From IMG/VR virus record IMGVR_UViG_2585427527_000003, positions 2,563-66,562 of that record: a stretch of 64,000 bases of DNA, one strand, 5' to 3'. A program made the position numbers and the translations under genes. Within the stretch, counting starts at the first letter, position 1. Each line of letters opens with the position of its first letter. Below, one piece after another: positions 18,000-25,917 of the stretch. Source of the stretch: a virus. Its lineage: Duplodnaviria > Caudoviricetes. The notes below the pieces were generated by a model, which saw nothing but the letters and a program-made list of their open reading frames with translations, made no database searches and was not told the origin of the DNA.

Positions 18000-19040
18000 T
18001 TACGATTTCTTTCCAAAGTGATAACGCTTCCTGTCGTTTATCTGTGCCAATTCTGTGCCAATTTTCCCGTTCTGCGCATCGAACTTGTCGGCCAGCGATC
18101 TGCCGGCGTCGTGGCTGTGCACATAGGTCTCAAGGAACAGCTTTGCAGACTTCCATCGGCCGGCATCCATGGCGGCCTTGATGTCAGCGCCGGGGACATT
18201 CATGGCATTCGTGCCGAAGGAGTGGCGACCGGCCGAATGCGTCGAGCGATATACAATGCCGGCGCGTTTGCAGACGGCCCTTATCCGCTTGTTGACGGCT
18301 TTCGAATCCGTGTAGCTGAAGACCGGCTTGTCTTTCTCTAGGCCGAGGGACGCAAGGCGCACGACGAGTTCGGTCGTCAGGTAGCATGCAGCCCACTCGT
18401 CGGTCTTTGTCGTTTCCAATAATGCCAGTCGCGAGCCAAGATCGACATACTGCCCCATGAGCCGGACGGCTTCCGAGACTCGAGCGGCGGTTTGGTTCAT
18501 GAACAGGACGGCCGCCGACAGGTGATAGAGCTTGTCCTTATCCGCCTGCGCCATGAAGGCATCGAGCCACGCGCGATCGACCGGCTTATGCTTGTTCGAC
18601 TTCTTTACGTCGAACATCTTGACCTTCATTGGGCCGCACCAACCGAGATCGTGCGCATGATTGATAACAGCACGAGCCGGAATGATCGCCTGGCGGTTGC
18701 GCGTTGCGGCGGAGCCGTTCGGATAGATCTTGATTGCCATCGCGCGCAGCTCGGCTGGCTTGATCGTGCCGATGGTGCGGCCTTTGAAGTACTTGATGAT
18801 GGGCGCGAGAAACCTGGCTTCGCCACCTTGCTCCATGTAGCTGGTGGCGGCTTCCTCGAATAGCCTTACGGCTTCCTCGCCATAGGTATGACGTTTCCAG
18901 AGCCGCGCTTCATATTGCGCGCAGGCTTCTTCGGCGGTTTTCTTGTCGCGAGTTTTAAGGCTTTCTCGAACGCGCTCTCCGCCGATTGTGCCATGGGCGT
19001 AGTAGATGCCGTTTCTGACTTTGAGTTCGAGGCTGGGCAT
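18000..19040 (-). CDS. int: Phage tyrosine integrase
   Basis: TAARVSEA, TKT, HSAGRHSF, GRW, YVH; ends 20 bp from att core. Confidence 0.92.
   Translation of the reverse strand: MPSLELKVRNGIYYAHGTIGGERVRESLKTRDKKTAEEACAQYEARLWKRHTYGEEAVRLFEEAATSYMEQGGEARFLAPIIKYFKGRTIGTIKPAELRAMAIKIYPNGSAATRNRQAIIPARAVINHAHDLGWCGPMKVKMFDVKKSNKHKPVDRAWLDAFMAQADKDKLYHLSAAVLFMNQTAARVSEAVRLMGQYVDLGSRLALLETTKTDEWAACYLTTELVVRLASLGLEKDKPVFSYTDSKAVNKRIRAVCKRAGIVYRSTHSAGRHSFGTNAMNVPGADIKAAMDAGRWKSAKLFLETYVHSHDAGRSLADKFDAQNGKIGTELAQINDRKRYHFGKKS
18041..18061. repeat. Candidate integrase arm-type sites
   Basis: tctgtgccaa twice with 11-bp period near att; similarly tgtacca twice at ~17856-17876 for the left element. 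Confidence 0.5.
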
Positions 19041-19225
19041 GAAAGGGCTTCCCGCAACAAGGCAATATGCTCGGGATAGAAGATCTTCTTTACCCCGCGC
19101 CGCTCATAATGAGGATGATTTTTGATCACGTCTACAAGGAACCGCCTCGATACGCCGAGGATGGATGCAGCCCCATCCATGTCGACGGGTGTGATCTTCA
19201 GCGCCCAATCCGGAAGATTATTCAT
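18866..19225 (-). CDS. Excisionase-like DNA-binding protein overlapping int 5' end
   Basis: MDGAASILGVSRRFL HTH; position immediately upstream of int. Confidence 0.65.
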   Translation of the reverse strand: MNNLPDWALKITPVDMDGAASILGVSRRFLVDVIKNHPHYERRGVKKIFYPEHIALLREALSCPASNSKSETASTTPMAQSAESAFEKALKLATRKPPKKPARNMKRGSGNVIPMARKP

Positions 19226-19226
19226 T

Positions 19227-19595
19227 TCAAACCTCCTCGCAGGCGAGCGTCGGACCGCCGTTATGGCCGATCATCGTCGCTTCCTTGCGCGCCTTCCATT
19301 GGCGTTTGATGTTGAGGCTGTGGCTCACCAGCTCAAGATGACCGTCGTCGGGCCGCACGCAGAGGCGATTGCGGCACTGGTGATCAAGCTCGCGATTGCC
19401 TGGGATGTAGCCGTGTTCGTTCGTCCACATGACGATGTGGACCGCAACCGTGCGCCCGTTGAGGGACATGCGCGGGTAGTCCTTGCCGCGACCGCTCGAT
19501 CCAGACGTGCCACCGGTCCAGATCCAGCAGCCTCTTTCAGGGTCGACGAAGACGCGCTCCATGATTCGCGCGCGGATGCGGTCGCGGCGGCTCAC
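19227..19595 (-). CDS. HNH endonuclease family protein
   Basis: GCWIWTG..YPRM..VHIVMW..ELDHQCRNRLCVRP..HLELVS..NI. Confidence 0.85.
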   Translation of the reverse strand: MSRRDRIRARIMERVFVDPERGCWIWTGGTSGSSGRGKDYPRMSLNGRTVAVHIVMWTNEHGYIPGNRELDHQCRNRLCVRPDDGHLELVSHSLNIKRQWKARKEATMIGHNGGPTLACEEV

Positions 19596-19945
19596 TTGTT
19601 CGCACCGCCCTCGCTCGACCGGTCATGTTCGATGGCCTGATCCTCGCTCATGGTGCGCCAGTCAGGCCATGTGCGAGCCATGTTCTTGCGCTGTTTCTCA
19701 AGCAGCGCCGGCAGAAGGTCTGAGGCCTTGCCGCCGTGACGCCAGAAGCCGTCCATTGCCAGGATAACCACATCTACCCATTCAGACAGGTCGCGAGGGT
19801 CCCGCTCAATCTCTAATAGCTCTTTCTTGATGTGGTCGATGACGCCTTTCGTTCGAAGCGCAGGGCCGAAGGTCTCACGCGACCACGCAATCTGTCGCTC
19901 AAAATAAGACAGGATGTCGTCTTCGCCTTCTTTAGGCTTGCTCAT
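19592..19945 (-). CDS. DUF550 / MazG-like dNTP pyrophosphohydrolase
   Basis: WSRETFGP..GVIDHIKKELLEI..DLSEWVDVVILAMDG.WR..K..KN.AR.WPDWR. Confidence 0.8.
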   Translation of the reverse strand: MSKPKEGEDDILSYFERQIAWSRETFGPALRTKGVIDHIKKELLEIERDPRDLSEWVDVVILAMDGFWRHGGKASDLLPALLEKQRKNMARTWPDWRTMSEDQAIEHDRSSEGGANK

Positions 19946-20044
19946 TTCCGGTTTCTCCCTTTGCTAAAGACGATGAGCATCAGCGCGATAATGATCGCGA
20001 GGGCTGCCCAAGTGAAGGATGCGATGATGAAGACGGACCAAGGG

Positions 20045-20593
20045 TCATCCATGGCGCTTCCAAACTTCGAACGCGGCGCGGAAATCCACCCATCGCTGTG
20101 CGGCGGCGGGATCGTTGTTCAGCTCGCCGCGTGATTTGATCCGTAGGATGTTGCGGACAGACACGGCAATGCGCTCATTGTCGGCGACATCAGGCACGTT
20201 GTGGCGCTCGACGAGGAAGCGGCGAAACATGCGGTCGCCGCACTTCATGGCGCATTCCGCCGCATAGTCCTTTTTCCGGTCAGTCTGCCCCTGCTGGCGC
20301 TGCAGCCGGTTCGCGGGAGGCTCAAGGCTGCGGATCTTGGCGAATGCGGCATCGATCAGCACCAACAGCGCGCGCAGGAGTTCCGGCGCCTTTAAAAGCA
20401 ACTGTCGATCGTCATAGGAGCAGTCGATTGTCAGGTGGGCAATCGGCTCGACTTCGCCGGTCAGGCGATCGACGACGCAGATTTCCGATTTGCCGGACTT
20501 GGTGTTGTAGGACTCGACAAACTGTTCGCTTGCGAGGCCGGCGAGGTGTCGGGCGTCAGGTAGAAGGGCGCGGGCCTGATCGAGGTTAATCAT
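20045..20593 (-). CDS. Hypothetical phage protein (182 aa)
   Basis: Coupled to dnaN stop; in early-left operon. Confidence 0.65.
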   Translation of the reverse strand: MINLDQARALLPDARHLAGLASEQFVESYNTKSGKSEICVVDRLTGEVEPIAHLTIDCSYDDRQLLLKAPELLRALLVLIDAAFAKIRSLEPPANRLQRQQGQTDRKKDYAAECAMKCGDRMFRRFLVERHNVPDVADNERIAVSVRNILRIKSRGELNNDPAAAQRWVDFRAAFEVWKRHG

Positions 20594-21744
20594 CCCTCAG
20601 CCCCTCGCGCCATCATCGGTGAGATCACGTAAAGCTCGTCCGAGCCTACCGATGGATGAAAGACAGCATTCGGCAGGGAGCCGCCGAACCGGATGATGAC
20701 ATCCTGTGTGTCGATGGTGCCGAGAATACCTCGCAAGGCCTCGTTGTTGAGGCCGATGGAAAAGCCGGTCTCGCCTTCGTACTGGATCGGCACGTAGTCG
20801 ACGGCCGACTCGCCTTCCTTGCTGGATAGCTCCACACGCATCGTGTCGCGTTCTAGGGTGAGCTTGATGCCGTCCTTGTCTGCCTCCGTAGCCACGAGGC
20901 AGACTCGAGCAACCGCAGCCTTCAGCGAGGCCACTGTGACGAAGATCTCGCGCTCGTAGTTCGAAGGCGCAGCCGTCAGATAGTGTTCCGGAAACTTGCC
21001 GTCGATCAGCTTAGATAGGAGCGTCACGCCGTTGCACCGGATGCGGATCAAGTTTTCGGCGACTTCGATGGTGGCCGGCTCCTTAATCTCGTCGAATAGC
21101 TTGCGGATCGCCTGCGTCGTCTTCAGAGGGACGATGATGCCGGGGAAGTCGAGCAGTTGCTCTGTGCGGATCTGAACGGCGGCAAGGCCGATACCGTCCA
21201 GCGCAGCGAAGCCGATGCGCTCATCCTGCATCGGGTGCATATAAATGCCCATCATGAAGGGGCGACCAATATCCTTGGTCTGGACCGCGTGCGCGACTTT
21301 GCTGAAAGCAGCAGTCACTTCTGGCATGGCAATATCGAACGTCTTACCCGCGATCTCGGAAGCCATTGAGGGGAAGTCGCTGGCCGGCAGGCTGAAGATT
21401 GCAAAGCTGGATTTACCGGATCGGATACGCACCTGGCCGTTATAAGCACCGGGCAGAAACTCAATTTCCGCCGTCTCGGGCAGGTTGCGCACGATGTCGC
21501 GCAGATCTGTGCCCTTGACGGTGAAGGCCTCGGCGTTGTCGGCGACATCAAGCACGTCACAGCTGGACTCGATTTCGATATCCAGATCCGTAGCGCGCAG
21601 GACCAGCGCGTCATACTGAGGACGCAGAAGAATGTTGCCGAGAACGGGGATCTTGGCGCGCTTGTCGACAGCCTCGAAAACAGCATCGAGCGCCGGCAGG
21701 AGCTGATTGCGATGGACGCGGAAATAGGACTGCTGCTTAGCCAT
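20590..21744 (-). CDS. dnaN: Phage-encoded DNA polymerase III beta sliding clamp homolog
   Basis: IPVLGNILL, LRATDLDIEI, LPASDFP, ALDGIGLA, SKLIDGKFP, YVISPM; ~384 aa. Confidence 0.9.
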   Translation of the reverse strand: MAKQQSYFRVHRNQLLPALDAVFEAVDKRAKIPVLGNILLRPQYDALVLRATDLDIEIESSCDVLDVADNAEAFTVKGTDLRDIVRNLPETAEIEFLPGAYNGQVRIRSGKSSFAIFSLPASDFPSMASEIAGKTFDIAMPEVTAAFSKVAHAVQTKDIGRPFMMGIYMHPMQDERIGFAALDGIGLAAVQIRTEQLLDFPGIIVPLKTTQAIRKLFDEIKEPATIEVAENLIRIRCNGVTLLSKLIDGKFPEHYLTAAPSNYEREIFVTVASLKAAVARVCLVATEADKDGIKLTLERDTMRVELSSKEGESAVDYVPIQYEGETGFSIGLNNEALRGILGTIDTQDVIIRFGGSLPNAVFHPSVGSDELYVISPMMARGAEG

Positions 21745-21919
21745 GGGCGCGCTTCCCCGGCTGGCAGCGGTCGGCAAGGCGCATCTCGTCGAGGGGAGGG
21801 CGGAGATCGTAATCCCGGCCGAAGAGATCGTGCATCATTTGCAGGATCTCGCGCCGCGGTTCGCCATCGGCTACTGCGCGATATAGTTTTTCCAGCTCTG
21901 ATTTCGATACGCCACGCAT
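21737..21919 (-). CDS. Hypothetical protein (~60 aa)
   Basis: GGAGG RBS upstream of ATG 21919. Confidence 0.5.
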   Translation of the reverse strand: MRGVSKSELEKLYRAVADGEPRREILQMMHDLFGRDYDLRPPLDEMRLADRCQPGKRAHG

Positions 21920-22119
21920 TCTCAGCCTCCAAAACCGAAGACGTAGACGGCAGCAGTTGCCGCCAGCAGGTCGTTGATGATGATGATCAGCAGGATGCCA
22001 AGGAAGCCAGTTGCCTGCGGCTTGCGCTTGATGCCGATCGCGGGAGTGAAGTAGTTCTGCATGGTGCCCTCGCATCCGATTGGGAAGCCGGCCCGCAGGC
22101 CGGAAACCCAAGCGGATCA

Positions 22120-22527
22120 TCACTGCGGGTAGCGGGACGCATCTTCGAACGAGATCGCGAGATCCGCGCCGGACACGAACGGAAGCTTGCCGCTCGCAAT
22201 TGCCTTGATGGTCTCAAGCCGCTCTTCGGCGGCGGCAAGCCGGTTGTGCAGGCGCATAACTGCGGCCGACTGCCCTGCTGGTGCTGCGCCCATGGCAGGG
22301 CCGATGACCGCCATCGGCTCGACGCCGAGTGCATGGCAGACTGAAATCAGGGTTGAGACCGAGACACGGTTTGTGCCCTTCTCGTACTTCTGGATCTGCT
22401 GGAACGTGACGCCAATAACGCTCGCCAGCCGCTCCTGACTGAAGCCGGCCTGCTTGCGCAGATTTCGGATAGTGGCGCCGATGGCGATATCGGTCTCGCG
22501 CATCCGCTGAGAAATGGTTTGTTTCAT
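22120..22527 (-). CDS. XRE-family HTH transcriptional regulator
   Basis: SQERLASVIGVTFQQIQKYEKGTNRVS. Confidence 0.9.
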   Translation of the reverse strand: MKQTISQRMRETDIAIGATIRNLRKQAGFSQERLASVIGVTFQQIQKYEKGTNRVSVSTLISVCHALGVEPMAVIGPAMGAAPAGQSAAVMRLHNRLAAAEERLETIKAIASGKLPFVSGADLAISFEDASRYPQ

Positions 22528-22608
22528 GGTCGCTCTCCTTGACCTTCTTCCGTTTGGGAAACCGCCGATGTCAGGGGTGGGACATGGCGGAAACCGAAGC
22601 GGAAGCGG

Positions 22609-22806
22609 TCAGGCCGCGTAGCGATTGGTCTGTTGCGCGTAGAGCACCGCCGCATCATGGGCATGGCGGTCGATTTGTTCGTCGGTGTAGCCGAGGGAGC
22701 GGTAGTTATCCCGCGTCAGACCTTCGCCGCGCTCAAGTGCGTGGTTTGCCATCTCCTGCGGAATGTTGCGGATCCGGACGGGGTTGTATGCGGTTGCGGT
22801 GTGCAT
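22609..22806 (-). CDS. Hypothetical protein (~65 aa)
   Basis: GAGGA RBS upstream of ATG 22806. Confidence 0.55.
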   Translation of the reverse strand: MHTATAYNPVRIRNIPQEMANHALERGEGLTRDNYRSLGYTDEQIDRHAHDAAVLYAQQTNRYAA

Positions 22807-22896
22807 GATTTGTTTCCTCTCGGCCAAGGAAGAAGCCCTTGCCTTGGCGGCCGGAAATGCCAATGTGCAAGGATTGGTTGAATGGTGGGATTTCTG

Positions 22897-23226
22897 ATGA
22901 AGACGATTTTGATTGCCGCGCTTGGCGTCGCCATCTGCGCGACGGCGGCTCGTGCCGATGCTCGTGACCAGGCAATCCAGAGCATCGCCCAAGTGAAGAT
23001 CATGTCGATGATTTGCGGGCGATTGCACCTCGACGACGCACGCTATTTGGCGCTTTTCAAGGTGGGCGGCATCGACATGGCGCGTGATCGAGACGACTTC
23101 GCTGCCGCCATCTCGATTCAGGCAGCAGAATGGAAGCCTAGAGACCCAAGTGAGGTCTGTGACACGGCATTGAGGCTCTATGGCCCGCAAGGTGCGCTCG
23201 TTCCGAATTTGCTGAGCGATAATTGA
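22897..23226 (+). CDS. Small secreted protein (moron-like)
   Basis: MKTILIAALGVAICATAARA signal peptide, two Cys in the mature part; opposite to surrounding operon. Confidence 0.6.
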   Translation: MKTILIAALGVAICATAARADARDQAIQSIAQVKIMSMICGRLHLDDARYLALFKVGGIDMARDRDDFAAAISIQAAEWKPRDPSEVCDTALRLYGPQGALVPNLLSDN

Positions 23227-23357
23227 CATCCGAACATCCCCTGCCCACCGCGCTGCGCCGCTACCCGGAAGGAGAGTGGTAGCGGCGCCTCGCGGCATCC
23301 GGCTTGGGAGAAGGAGATCACCGGACGAGCCAATGAAAAGCACAACTCAAACTACAA

Positions 23358-23374
23358 TTCAAGCATAACTTGAA
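23358..23374. promoter_or_regulatory. Putative CI operator (OL)
   Basis: ttcaag-cataa-cttgaa palindrome matching the three boxes between cI and cro. Confidence 0.65.
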
Positions 23375-23428
23375 ATCGCATGAGCTGATTTTTTGACTCG
23401 ACTCAACCAGAAAAAGAATCAAATATGA

Positions 23429-23443
23429 GAACAGAAAAAGAAC
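23429..23443 (+). promoter_or_regulatory. Alphaproteobacterial LexA box
   Basis: GAAC-agaaaaa-GAAC, 13 bp upstream of ATG 23457. Confidence 0.75.
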
Positions 23444-23456
23444 GTCAGGGTGAAAA

Positions 23457-23747
23457 ATGGATGTCAAGACAGGGCCGGTGATCAGTGATGTCACCTCGAT
23501 CGCAGTTGAATGCGCTGATTGTGGGCACTCGCGATGGCGTCGCCCGACGGAGCTTTACCGAATTGGGATTGAGCCGACAGCTTGCCTCGAAAGTGTGGCA
23601 AAGCGCCTCTTCTGCTCAAGCTGTAGGAGCGAAGGGCTGCCCGGCAAGAATGTGGTTGTTCAGGCGGCTTTTATGACTGCCGAAGGCCGCCGCATGGCAG
23701 AGGCCTACGTAATTTCTAAAAGCCAAACAGCTCGTTCGGCGGGATGA
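23457..23747 (+). CDS. Zn-ribbon protein, probably SOS-inducible
   Basis: VECADCGH...LFCSSC; LexA box upstream; converges on and overlaps cI 3' end. Confidence 0.7.
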   Translation: MDVKTGPVISDVTSIAVECADCGHSRWRRPTELYRIGIEPTACLESVAKRLFCSSCRSEGLPGKNVVVQAAFMTAEGRRMAEAYVISKSQTARSAG

Positions 23748-24420
23748 TTCGCCACATGTCTTTGAGAGCGTAAGCGTTGAAGGGAATTTCCTTCGCTGGG
23801 TTGTATTGCTCGCAGATGATCTCGGCTTTTGTTCTGCGCTTCAGCTTTTTGACGTAGGCCTTACCATTCTTTTCGCCGTCTTCTGGCATCATCTCGATTA
23901 GGACGTGATCGCCCGGAACCGGCGCTCTTCCGCCGCAATAGAGCAGCTCTCCGGGGTCGTATCTCGGAACCATGCTGTCAGTGAGGATGTGGATCGCAAA
24001 AACGTTGGCTACGTGGGCCAAACCAGGGGGCCGCCTTACGTAGCCCGCAATTTCTCCATTAAGGAAAAAGTCCCCGTCATCTCCGCCCACGGCGCCTCCG
24101 AGGACGCGAACGTCCATCGGCCCCATTCGCAATGGAGCGCTTTCGGTCACGATTTCCGCCTCGTTCAGAGCTTCGGTCGACTCTTTGAAGTTCACCTCGC
24201 CACGGCTCAGTGCGGCATAGTCAACACCAAGAAAGTCAGCTGTCTTCAACAAGTTTTCCGTCGAGGGCAAATTCTTGCCTGTTTCCCAATTTCCAACGGC
24301 CGCGACATCGACTCCGAGATGCGTCGCAATGTCCTGCATCACCAAGCCTTTTCGCTTTCGTGCGGTTCTGACGGCAGCTCCCACGAGGATAGCTTTTTCG
24401 CTTTTTTCCTTTTTGACCAT
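23716..24420 (-). CDS. CI-like repressor (XRE HTH + S24 peptidase)
   Basis: HTH MQDIATHLGVDVAAVGNWETG; AVG.G cleavage-like region, DSMVP, YVKKL; ATG 24420 favoured because operators lie just upstream. Confidence 0.9.
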   Translation of the reverse strand: MVKKEKSEKAILVGAAVRTARKRKGLVMQDIATHLGVDVAAVGNWETGKNLPSTENLLKTADFLGVDYAALSRGEVNFKESTEALNEAEIVTESAPLRMGPMDVRVLGGAVGGDDGDFFLNGEIAGYVRRPPGLAHVANVFAIHILTDSMVPRYDPGELLYCGGRAPVPGDHVLIEMMPEDGEKNGKAYVKKLKRRTKAEIICEQYNPAKEIPFNAYALKDMWRIIPPNELFGF

Positions 24421-24429
24421 GCTTGCATT

Positions 24430-24495
24430 TGTAAGCAGTTCTTTAAAGCGATCCATTTAAGAATACCTTGAAAACAAATTTAAGTTATGCTTGTA
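24430..24495. promoter_or_regulatory. Three putative OR operators
   Basis: tgtaag-cagtt-ctttaa (24430), tttaag-aatac-cttgaa (24456), tttaag-ttatg-cttgta (24479). Confidence 0.65.
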
Positions 24496-24504
24496 TCCGC
24501 GACC

Positions 24505-24726
24505 ATGACGCACCGAGAGCAAGCAGAGCAGGCATTGGGACGAGCGCGAGACGCTGCTGGCGGATCGACGCCAATTGCCCGCTACCTCGGCATTTCCCCG
24601 CAAGCGGTTGCGCAGTGGGACATTGTACCCGCTGAAAGGGTCTTGGCGGTGGAGCGAATGACCAAGGTCTCGCGCCACGAACTCCGCCCTGATGTTTTCG
24701 GTGAACGATTGGAGGCCGCCGAATGA
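24505..24726 (+). CDS. Cro-like (YdaS family) regulator
   Basis: IARYLGISPQAVAQW..VPAERVLAVE...VSRHELRPDVF; divergent from cI. Confidence 0.88.
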   Translation: MTHREQAEQALGRARDAAGGSTPIARYLGISPQAVAQWDIVPAERVLAVERMTKVSRHELRPDVFGERLEAAE

Positions 24727-25013
24727 AGCGCCTCTTCGCGTCTGGTGGTCTTGGCCGCATACGGGCCACCGATCAACCGCGCCGGCACTGGCATCCTTGC
24801 CGGCGCGGCCAGTTTCCCCCGTGCCGCTTCCTTCAGCGCGGCACCAACTCCCGCTGGGGCGCGTCTCCGCGCCCTGGCGGGATTTTTCATGTCTGCGTGC
24901 CTCGGTCATGCGGACCTCCGTTCCTGACGGCCTGACACATACGGCGCCCGCGAGCGCCGCGCATGGAATCCTTTCTGCTTTTTATTTCCTTGACCACGAT
25001 CGGGGGTGTCTTC

Positions 25014-25490
25014 GTGCGTCGTTTTTCCGAGACAGACTATTCATCGCTGAAGCGAATATTGGACATAGCCTATGAGTTGGCGGGCGGTGTAACCGTGTTC
25101 CAGTACGTCACGCGCGTCGTCACTTCACAGCTGTCGAAATACGCATCGACAGATGGCGAGAACGAAAAGAAGTTCATTCCCGTCGATGTCGCGCTCGATC
25201 TTGATAGGGCAGCGAAGAAGCCGATCGTCACCGCCAAGATGGCAGAGCTTCTAGGCTATCGCCTGGAACCGCTGCAGCAGCGCATCGAAATTGTCGAACC
25301 GCTTTCCGCAGACGATGCTGCGGAAATCATGGACGAGGCAACCGCCCTTTGGCGGATGACGCGCCAGGCCTTCGCTGATGGAAAGATCGATGCGCTCGAA
25401 CGCCGCCAATTGCGGCTCAAGCTCCATGAGCTGATACGCGCAGCCAACCGGATCATTCAGAAACTCGACGACGTGGAGGTGTTTGCATGA
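25014..25490 (+). CDS. CII-like phage regulatory protein
   Basis: Position after cro; FIPVDVALDLD, AFADGKIDALER motifs; GTG start. Confidence 0.65.
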   Translation: MRRFSETDYSSLKRILDIAYELAGGVTVFQYVTRVVTSQLSKYASTDGENEKKFIPVDVALDLDRAAKKPIVTAKMAELLGYRLEPLQQRIEIVEPLSADDAAEIMDEATALWRMTRQAFADGKIDALERRQLRLKLHELIRAANRIIQKLDDVEVFA

Positions 25491-25723
25491 ACACCGTCAC
25501 CGATCCGGGCGTCAGTCGCAAGGGCCGCACGCTGCTTTATCGTGTCCGTATTCATCAGCGCCGCCACGGTCGACCTTATCAGTTTCGCTGCGACGATGAC
25601 CGCTGCGGCGCAGCGAATGCCGTGCGCGGCGGGTATGTGCGCCGACTGCCAAACACCTCCGACATCGTCGTGCTGACGACCAAGGGCGAAGCCTTTCTTG
25701 ATCGTCTGATGAGGTGCGAATGA
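25487..25723 (+). CDS. Hypothetical protein (78 aa)
   Basis: GGAGG RBS, overlapping stop/start. Confidence 0.6.
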   Translation: MNTVTDPGVSRKGRTLLYRVRIHQRRHGRPYQFRCDDDRCGAANAVRGGYVRRLPNTSDIVVLTTKGEAFLDRLMRCE

Positions 25724-25917
25724 TGAAACGCACCAGATCCGCGCTGGTCAAAGCCATGCGTGCTTTCGACGATCTTCCCAAGCCGCTCCGGCAAGCCATA
25801 GCCGAGGCGGCCTTTGTCTATGACCCTGAAGAGATCACGGCGCGCATCGGGAAGGGCCGAAAGCCCGCAACGATCCTGCGCGGGATCCTCCGGTACGAAC
25901 GGAGGGCGGAACAGTGA
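25720..25917 (+). CDS. Hypothetical protein (~65 aa)
   Basis: MRAFDDLPKPLRQAIAEA; coupled on both sides. Confidence 0.6.
   Translation: MMKRTRSALVKAMRAFDDLPKPLRQAIAEAAFVYDPEEITARIGKGRKPATILRGILRYERRAEQ

Noticed and set aside
19592-19945. Z-base (2-aminoadenine) genome pathway
   Set aside because: No PurZ or dATPase partner in the window
24727-25013. Small ORFs and hairpins between cro and cII-like gene
   Set aside because: Several GC hairpins are present, but no convincing RBS/ORF or distinctive fold to support a call
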